A stretch of 11,174 nt of DNA, from the NCBI GenBank assembly GCA_038851565.1, contig JAWCKV010000027.1:1-11174 (forward strand), given 5' to 3'. Source of the stretch: Candidatus Hadarchaeales archaeon (GTDB taxonomy: Archaea > Hadarchaeota > Hadarchaeia > Hadarchaeales > Hadarchaeaceae). A program made the position numbers and the translations under genes. Positions 5,663 through 11,174 of this stretch are shown piece by piece (positions within the stretch are counted from its first letter, which is position 1; each line of letters opens with the position of its first letter). Below the pieces are notes generated by a model. The model did no database searches. It was not told the DNA's origin and saw only the letters and a program-made list of their open reading frames with translations.

Positions 5663-6516
5663 CTTTTCCTCCCCTCAAATCTCCTGTATAACTCTCTGTA
5701 GCTTTTTTCAAGTTCACTCCTGTCGAACATCTTCATGGCCCTCTTGAGGAATTCCGGCGTTGATCTGAAGTCCCCACTGGAAAAGGCAAGATCCAGGGAA
5801 CGACATGCCTCAATGAAGTGACTCCTGATTATCCTGCTGTACCTGTTGTGCACCTGTATCTCTCCGTACATCTTGAGATCCCCGCGCAGGAGGCATTTCG
5901 CGAGTTCCCTGAGCTCCTCGAAGATGGGGGTTCTTATCTTCCCGGTTTTGCAGTATTCCTTTAGGGTGCTGGCGGAAGCGAGATATGAGATTAGCGTGAA
6001 ATGCGTCAGCGACTGGATAACGGACATCAGCCTGTCATGCTCCTCCGCATCCATCTCCGTGAATGTGGCTCCATTCTTCACCATGAACTGCTTCAACCAC
6101 CTGTACCATCTTCCGGTTTTTACTGGAACCGATATGACATCCTTACCCCTCAGGGTGGTTGCGCCGGGCCCGAATAGAGGGTGTACTGATGCGAGCTCTA
6201 TCCTGCCCTTGAACTCCTTCATGACCTCCACGACTTCACTTTTCACTGATGAGATATCAACCAGAAGCGCGCCTGTCTTCATAAAGCCAAGAGCTGACCT
6301 CACCACCCTCGGGGTTTCGGATATTGGAACCGCTACTAGGATTATGTCCGCGCTCCTCACGGCCTCGTGCTGTGGAGCGGAGGAGACCCCGAGCCTGGAG
6401 GCGGCATCGTCTGCAATTTTCCTTTCTATGTCGCACAGCGTTACCTTCCCCTCCTCCTTCAGAAGATTTGCAAACCAGCTCCCCATAGTCCCCGCCCCAA
6501 TGATTGTTATCTTCAT
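5659..6516 (-). CDS. tyrA: Prephenate/arogenate dehydrogenase
   Basis: Rossmann MKITIIGAGTMG, DISSVK, HPLFGP, EEHDRLMSVIQSLTHF. Start ATG 6516 follows SD GAGGAGG and overlaps the aroE stop (ATGA). Confidence 0.93.
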   Translation of the reverse strand: MKITIIGAGTMGSWFANLLKEEGKVTLCDIERKIADDAASRLGVSSAPQHEAVRSADIILVAVPISETPRVVRSALGFMKTGALLVDISSVKSEVVEVMKEFKGRIELASVHPLFGPGATTLRGKDVISVPVKTGRWYRWLKQFMVKNGATFTEMDAEEHDRLMSVIQSLTHFTLISYLASASTLKEYCKTGKIRTPIFEELRELAKCLLRGDLKMYGEIQVHNRYSRIIRSHFIEACRSLDLAFSSGDFRSTPEFLKRAMKMFDRSELEKSYRELYRRFEGRKR

Positions 6517-7349
6517 ATCCTCCTCAGCTCCATTTGGGCCGCTTTTCTCATGACCTCTACTGGGGCCCTTTTTCCAGTCCATATCTCAAAGGAGAGGGCC
6601 CCCTGATGAACCAGCATATCCACCCCCCGTATTGTCTTCGCGCCGGCCTTTTTCGCCTCCCTCAGAAGCCTGGTTTCCTGGGGCTTGTACACTATGTCAA
6701 ATACGACTGCGTTATCCGGTATCATCTTCGAAGTGAGAAGAGTGCGTTCGCTCTCGGGATACATCCCCACGGAGGTTGCGTTTATGATTATGTCGGAGCC
6801 CATCGCCGCCGTTGAGAGCTCATCGCCCCTGAGAGCCACGCACCTCACATCCTCCCCCAGTTTTTCTTTTATGTCCCTGGCGAGGGCGCTTGCGCGGGGG
6901 ATCGTCCTGTTTGCGATCGTGAGCTCTGCGCCCTCAGCCGCAATGGAGAAAGCTATTGCCCTGGCCGCCCCTCCGGCTCCCAGCAGCAGCACCTTTTTTC
7001 CGCTGACCCTCGTGGCCGCCTTCAAGGCTCTAAGGGCCCCAGGCCCATCCGTGTTGAACCCGATCAGCTTTCCGCCGGCATTCTTTATCGTGTTGACTGC
7101 ACCCACCAGACTGGCAGTCTCGTGAAGTTCGTCCATGAATGGCATCACGGCTACTTTGTGAGGGATGGTGACGTTCGCTCCGGCGATGCCGAGTGCCCTG
7201 ATCCCAGCTACCGCGTCCTGAAGATTCGGGGGAGGAACGTCAGCGGCCACATAGACGCAGTCGAGGCCCAACTGAGAAAATGCAGCATTGTGCATGGAGG
7301 GGGAGGGGCTGCCCTTCACGGGGTGCCCTATGAGCGCGAATACCTTCAT
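6513..7349 (-). CDS. aroE: Shikimate dehydrogenase
   Basis: GHPV..S.SP.MHN, NVTIPHK, GAVNT, GFNTDG, GAGGAARA, NRT, NATSVGM, DIVY.P, MLVHQG. Start ATG 7349 overlaps the aroD stop (ATGA). Confidence 0.96.
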   Translation of the reverse strand: MKVFALIGHPVKGSPSPSMHNAAFSQLGLDCVYVAADVPPPNLQDAVAGIRALGIAGANVTIPHKVAVMPFMDELHETASLVGAVNTIKNAGGKLIGFNTDGPGALRALKAATRVSGKKVLLLGAGGAARAIAFSIAAEGAELTIANRTIPRASALARDIKEKLGEDVRCVALRGDELSTAAMGSDIIINATSVGMYPESERTLLTSKMIPDNAVVFDIVYKPQETRLLREAKKAGAKTIRGVDMLVHQGALSFEIWTGKRAPVEVMRKAAQMELRRI

Positions 7350-8068
7350 TCGCGGACCTCCAGCTCCCTGAGGTAATGAATCCACTCCACGGCTGTTTTC
7401 AGGTCCGGTTGACCGGGAGCGGTTTTCTCAAGCACACCGGCATACATCCATGGTGAGCCCAGCACGGGTGCTATGTACCTGGTGATCTTCCCAGCCTCAC
7501 CCATGGCAAATGATATCAGCGGAACTTCGGAGCGTTCCTGCGTTCTCACGAGGAACTCCAGCATCCTCGTTGCATCCTCACGCGTTTTTGCCATCGTCAC
7601 TATCTTCACGAAGTTTCCCTTGTCTGTCGCCTTTTTCAGGATATCTTCAAGGAACTCTGGTTTCGGAGTCCCTGAAAACTCGTGATGGGAGATCAGCACC
7701 GAGATCTTCTTCCGCCTGGCTTCGTCCAGCACCTCGCGCATTAGGTCGGGAGGAGTTGACAGCTCGACGTCAACACACGATGGGCGGAGGTCCATGGACT
7801 CCAGAAGAGCGCCCACTCTTTCCTTCTCTCCTCCCTCGTAACCTCCGCCTTCCTTCCTTGGGCGATTTGTGAGTATCAAGGGAATCCCGCAGGGCATTAT
7901 CCTGCTGAGGTCCAGTTTCTTCCCGGCAAGGTCCATCCTGACCTCCACAAGGTCGGCTTCCCCAGCGAGTTTGATCTTCCTCTCCATCTCGCTTTCTTCC
8001 CTGCCGGCGATGGATGCGCAGACGGCAGGCGTCTTGACTTTGTGCTTCCCGACGAAGATCTCCCCCAT
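7346..8068 (-). CDS. aroD: Type I 3-dehydroquinate dehydratase
   Basis: EVRMD, TNR...EGG, DVEL, SHHEF, Schiff-base lysine in VKIV, FAMG, TR, TAPGQ. Start ATG 8068 after GAGGTGAGG. Confidence 0.93.
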   Translation of the reverse strand: MGEIFVGKHKVKTPAVCASIAGREESEMERKIKLAGEADLVEVRMDLAGKKLDLSRIMPCGIPLILTNRPRKEGGGYEGGEKERVGALLESMDLRPSCVDVELSTPPDLMREVLDEARRKKISVLISHHEFSGTPKPEFLEDILKKATDKGNFVKIVTMAKTREDATRMLEFLVRTQERSEVPLISFAMGEAGKITRYIAPVLGSPWMYAGVLEKTAPGQPDLKTAVEWIHYLRELEVRE

Positions 8069-8078
8069 GGACTCGCCC

Positions 8079-9188
8079 TCACCTCTCAACTATCGTCTCG
8101 TCAACCTTTATTCCAAAGTGCCTCCCGGTCTTTTCCACGCGCATGAGCACCTCGTCGCCCTCTCTGAGCCTCGTAACTGATATCGGATTCCCATCCGCGC
8201 TTACAAGGTTTATCGTTTCTGCGTTCTGAAGGAGCGTTCTGTACTTCTCCCCTCCGCATTCGACCTCAACCAGCGTCATCGGCCTTCTCTCTATTTTTAT
8301 CCTGCCCACTATCGCAGTTCTTCCCCTCCCCTTGCTGTTGACTATGAGTACCTCGTCCCCCGCCTTCAGCTCAGAGATGTACTTGGTTCTTCCCCCTGGC
8401 AGAAGCACATATGCATGAACTGCTCCAGCGTTGACCCTGAAGGGACGCGGCTCAACGAAATCCGAGTGCAGCGTCTCGGAGTGTACCAGGAAAAGACCGC
8501 TCGCCTGGCCGCCGACAAGCATCCCTTCGCCCACCTCCATGAGGGTGGTTGTGTCTATGCAGGCTCTGTCTCCCAGCCCTACAGGTTTGACCAGTGTCAC
8601 CCTGCCCCGGACGAGCTCCACTTTTTCCACGTTCGCGGCATCCAGACGCTCCCTGACCCTTGCTATCTCCTCTGGCCCCCGGGACCTTGGATCCAGAAGG
8701 ATCCCGTCTGCCCCGGCCTCCAGCGTGTCCACCGCCAGCCTGGCCTCCTCGGCATCTCTGACCCCGGCCAGTATAGTCACGGTTCCCTTGAGTTCAGCTA
8801 TCAGGTTCTCGAGCGGGATCACCTTCCATCCGGGAGTCATCACGAGCAGGTAGTCGGCCAGCTTTCCAAGCTCGACGGCAAGCCTTTCCGACTGCTTGTC
8901 CTTCACAGTTACGAGAACAGCGACTTTTTTTCCCATTTTTCTTGCGGACTGGATCTCAAATGCGGCTTCGTTCTTTTTCCCCTCCTCTGGGCATACAATA
9001 GATATGCTGGCGCTGTTGTCAATTCCGCGGCACGCTGTTAGCGTTCCCCCTATCCCAATCACTTCCTGAACGTCCTCGGGTTTAACGACAATGGCATCGG
9101 CCCCAGCCTCAACGGCCTTGAGGATGAACGGTCTCTTTTCTTCTCGACCTTCCCCCCAGTCGGCAAGGACCCAAAGCAGCTTGTGCAA
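8079..9188 (-). CDS. aroB': 3-dehydroquinate synthase II (archaeal AroB', MJ1249 family)
   Basis: WKVIPLENLIA, LEAGADG, GDRACIDT, GEGMLVG, FLVHSET, RPFRVNAGAVHAY, GRIKIERRP, LQNAETI, GRHFG. Probable TTG start at 9188 after SD AGGTGAGG (9198-9191). Confidence 0.95.
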   Translation of the reverse strand: MHKLLWVLADWGEGREEKRPFILKAVEAGADAIVVKPEDVQEVIGIGGTLTACRGIDNSASISIVCPEEGKKNEAAFEIQSARKMGKKVAVLVTVKDKQSERLAVELGKLADYLLVMTPGWKVIPLENLIAELKGTVTILAGVRDAEEARLAVDTLEAGADGILLDPRSRGPEEIARVRERLDAANVEKVELVRGRVTLVKPVGLGDRACIDTTTLMEVGEGMLVGGQASGLFLVHSETLHSDFVEPRPFRVNAGAVHAYVLLPGGRTKYISELKAGDEVLIVNSKGRGRTAIVGRIKIERRPMTLVEVECGGEKYRTLLQNAETINLVSADGNPISVTRLREGDEVLMRVEKTGRHFGIKVDETIVER

Positions 9189-9192
9189 GGCC

Positions 9193-9990
9193 TCACCTGA
9201 GCTCTCGCATCGCTCTCTCAACGCCTGCTCCTTCATGGACTACCGTGGCAAGCGCTCTCGTCATGGCTGCTGGGTCTTTGTGCTGAAATATGTTTCTTCC
9301 TATGGATATCCCTATGGCCCCCGCCTCCATGGCTTCGTGTGCCATCTCCAGCACCTCGCGGGGGGTGGACATCTTTGGGCCCCCTGCTATGACAATCGGA
9401 ACCGGACACCCCCTAACGACCTTTCGGAAGGTTGAGGGGCTTCCGGTGTAGACGGTCTTCACTATGTCTGCCCCCAGCTCTGCCCCGACCCTTGCGGCGT
9501 GTGCGACCAGCTCCGGGTTGTGCTGGTTTTTAATCTTGGGCCCCCTGGGATACATCATTGCGAAAAGGGGCATGCCCCACCTCGCGCAGGCCTCAGCGGT
9601 TCTGCCAAGCTGCTCAAGCTGCTCGTTCTCGTTTGGTGCTCCCACGTTCACGTGGATCGATATGCCGTCGGCTCCGAGCGAAATCGCCTCCTCCACGCTG
9701 CTAACGAGCACCTTGCTGTTTGGGTCTGGTCCCAGGGACGTGCTTCCCGAGATGTGTATGAGCAATCCGATGTCCTTACCGTAACCCCTGTGCCCGGCCC
9801 GCACTATGCCCTTGTGCAGGACCACCGCATTCGCGCCCCCCTCCGCCACCTTATCGATTACTCTGGTCATGTCCTCTATTCCGGGTATGGGGCCCATGGA
9901 GAGTCCGTGATCCATGGGCACGATCACAGTGTGGCGGGTTCTTCTGTCTATTATCCTCTCGAGCCTTATTCGCTTTCCCACATCTGACAT
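9193..9990 (-). CDS. aroA': 2-amino-3,7-dideoxy-D-threo-hept-6-ulosonate (ADH) synthase (AroA', MJ0400 family class I aldolase)
   Basis: [57 protein letters not shown]; adjacent to aroB'. Start ATG 9990 after SD AGGTGG. Confidence 0.93.
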   Translation of the reverse strand: MSDVGKRIRLERIIDRRTRHTVIVPMDHGLSMGPIPGIEDMTRVIDKVAEGGANAVVLHKGIVRAGHRGYGKDIGLLIHISGSTSLGPDPNSKVLVSSVEEAISLGADGISIHVNVGAPNENEQLEQLGRTAEACARWGMPLFAMMYPRGPKIKNQHNPELVAHAARVGAELGADIVKTVYTGSPSTFRKVVRGCPVPIVIAGGPKMSTPREVLEMAHEAMEAGAIGISIGRNIFQHKDPAAMTRALATVVHEGAGVERAMRELR

Positions 9991-10014
9991 GGGCTCCACC
10001 TTTCTGTGGTTAGT

Positions 10015-10050
10015 TTTAAGCCCATTTAACCCCATCGCCACTGTGTGGCG
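10015..10050. promoter_or_regulatory. Divergent promoter region with 10-bp tandem repeat and 6-bp inverted repeat
   Basis: TTTAAGCCCA (10015-10024) and TTTAACCCCA (10025-10034); CGCCAC-TGT-GTGGCG (10036-10050). On the minus strand the repeats give TATA-like TTAAA boxes upstream of aroA'. Confidence 0.45.
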
Positions 10051-10101
10051 CGGGTTTCAGAGAGGTTGATAAGATAGTCAGCGTAGAGATGTAGGGAAAG
10101 G

Positions 10102-11174
10102 ATGCCAGCTGTCGTGATAAGGGACGGCAGGATAGTTCTGCCTGAGGGCATCATTAGAGGGGAGCTCTCGATAGAGAATGGCAAGATAGGCACAATAGCC
10201 CTGACAGGGATACCAAGGGGAGACGTGGAGATCAGGGCAAGAGGAGGGCTGGTGATCCCGGGAGCTATAGATGGGCACACGCACTTCTACAGCAGGAAGT
10301 ACATATACCGCGAAAACTTCAGGACCGGCAGCATCGCAGCCGCAGCCGGCGGCGTGACGACCGTTGCGGTTTCCCTGCTGGACGATCCGATAAAAACGCC
10401 GAAGAAAGCGCGTGAGGTGATAGAGTTCGGGGAGAAAAATTCAATGGTGGATTTCATGCTCCACGCGGGCAACCTCACTCCGGGCTCCATAAAAAACATG
10501 GTGAAGCTCGCCTCCATTGGGATAAGATCTTTCAAGGTATCGAATTGCTATCCCAACCCCTGCAGCTACGAGGGAATGGGGAGGATGATGGAGCTGGCGA
10601 CAAAGCTGGATTCCCTGATGATAGCATACCCCGAGGATGTGGTTGCCCTCAGGGAGGTCAGGAGAAAGCTGATAAGGGAGGGAAAGAGGGACATCCTCGC
10701 GTACATGCAGGGACATCCGGCAGAGGCGGAGGAGAGGGGAATCGAAAAGATCGCTGAGATGGCGTTGCGTAGCAACTGCCCGGTCCACTTTGCTCCCGTA
10801 ACCACAGAGTCCGGCTCGAAGGTGGTATCAAGCTACAAGAAAAAGAGGAGCAGGGTTACAGCCGAAACGTGTCCGCATTATCTGGTTTTCAGCGCGGAGG
10901 ATTTTAAGAGGATGGGGCCCTGGATAAAGGTGAGCCCTCCCATAAGAAGTCCAGGCGATGTGGCAGCCCTATGGTCGGCGATTGAGGATGGCACAATAGA
11001 TATGGTCACCAGTGGGCATGCCCCCACAACAAAGGCTGAGAAGATGGGGAAAATTAGCGTATGGGGAAGTCCCTCCGGGATTCCCAGCCTGGAGACCCTG
11101 ATCCCAGTGCTTTTCACGGAAGGCGTGGCGAGGGGAAGAATGTCGGTAGAAAAGATGGTATCGCTCCTTTCCTC
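10102..11174 (+). CDS. Dihydroorotase/allantoinase-like cyclic amidohydrolase with degenerate active site (3'-truncated by window)
   Basis: My translation is open from ATG 10102 to the window end: MPAVVIRDGRIV..IENGKI..VIPGAIDGHTHF..TGSIAAAAGGVTT..RSFK..AETCPHYL..KVSPPIR..IEDGTIDMVTSGHAP..GIPSLET. Absent from the ORF track, presumably because it has no stop in the window. Confidence 0.9.
   Translation, partial: MPAVVIRDGRIVLPEGIIRGELSIENGKIGTIALTGIPRGDVEIRARGGLVIPGAIDGHTHFYSRKYIYRENFRTGSIAAAAGGVTTVAVSLLDDPIKTPKKAREVIEFGEKNSMVDFMLHAGNLTPGSIKNMVKLASIGIRSFKVSNCYPNPCSYEGMGRMMELATKLDSLMIAYPEDVVALREVRRKLIREGKRDILAYMQGHPAEAEERGIEKIAEMALRSNCPVHFAPVTTESGSKVVSSYKKKRSRVTAETCPHYLVFSAEDFKRMGPWIKVSPPIRSPGDVAALWSAIEDGTIDMVTSGHAPTTKAEKMGKISVWGSPSGIPSLETLIPVLFTEGVARGRMSVEKMVSLLS

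Noticed and set aside
6517..9236. Longer track starts for tyrA (6582), aroE (7385), aroD (8089) and aroB' (9236)
   Set aside because: They overlap upstream genes; the downstream starts have SD motifs or ATGA coupling and match family N-termini.
9193..9990. Fructose-bisphosphate aldolase or DKFP synthase call
   Set aside because: Same fold, but adjacency to aroB'-aroD-aroE and the [15 protein letters not shown] motifs favour ADH synthase.
148..11117. Numerous antisense or alternate-frame ORFs in the track (e.g. 148-924, 5846-6553, 8415-9041, 10026-11117 minus-strand set)
   Set aside because: They overlap well-supported genes, show no recognisable motifs, and are expected shadows in GC-rich coding DNA.
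1..11174. CRISPR array, IS element or prophage
   Set aside because: No regularly spaced repeats, transposase, integrase or obvious compositional shift seen; nearly all sequence is accounted for by genes.

Overview
Archaeal chromosomal window, densely coding, with no mobile element or CRISPR array visible. Left to right: a DHH/DHHA1 phosphoesterase (+); a tRNA-Asn(GUU) gene (-) with two introns; archaeal phosphopantothenate synthetase (-); a divergent two-gene unit (+) of an unknown 2-TM membrane protein and a divergent EF-1alpha-like GTPase outside the usual str operon; a tightly packed minus-strand operon aroA'-aroB'-aroD-aroE-tyrA-pheA-nadE (archaeal DKFP/ADH route to aromatic amino acids plus NAD synthetase); and a dihydroorotase/allantoinase-like gene (+, runs off the window, absent from the ORF track) that has lost three of six canonical active-site residues. 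The strongest novelty candidate is the tRNA-Asn locus. Its 57-nt anticodon intron has a complete C-guide-D'-C'-guide-D box layout, with guides complementary to the host tRNA. A second 19-nt intron sits at the unusual position 8/9 in a strict bulge-helix-bulge, preceded by an exact tandem duplicate of tRNA nucleotides 1-8. All calls come from reading motifs by eye; no searches were run.
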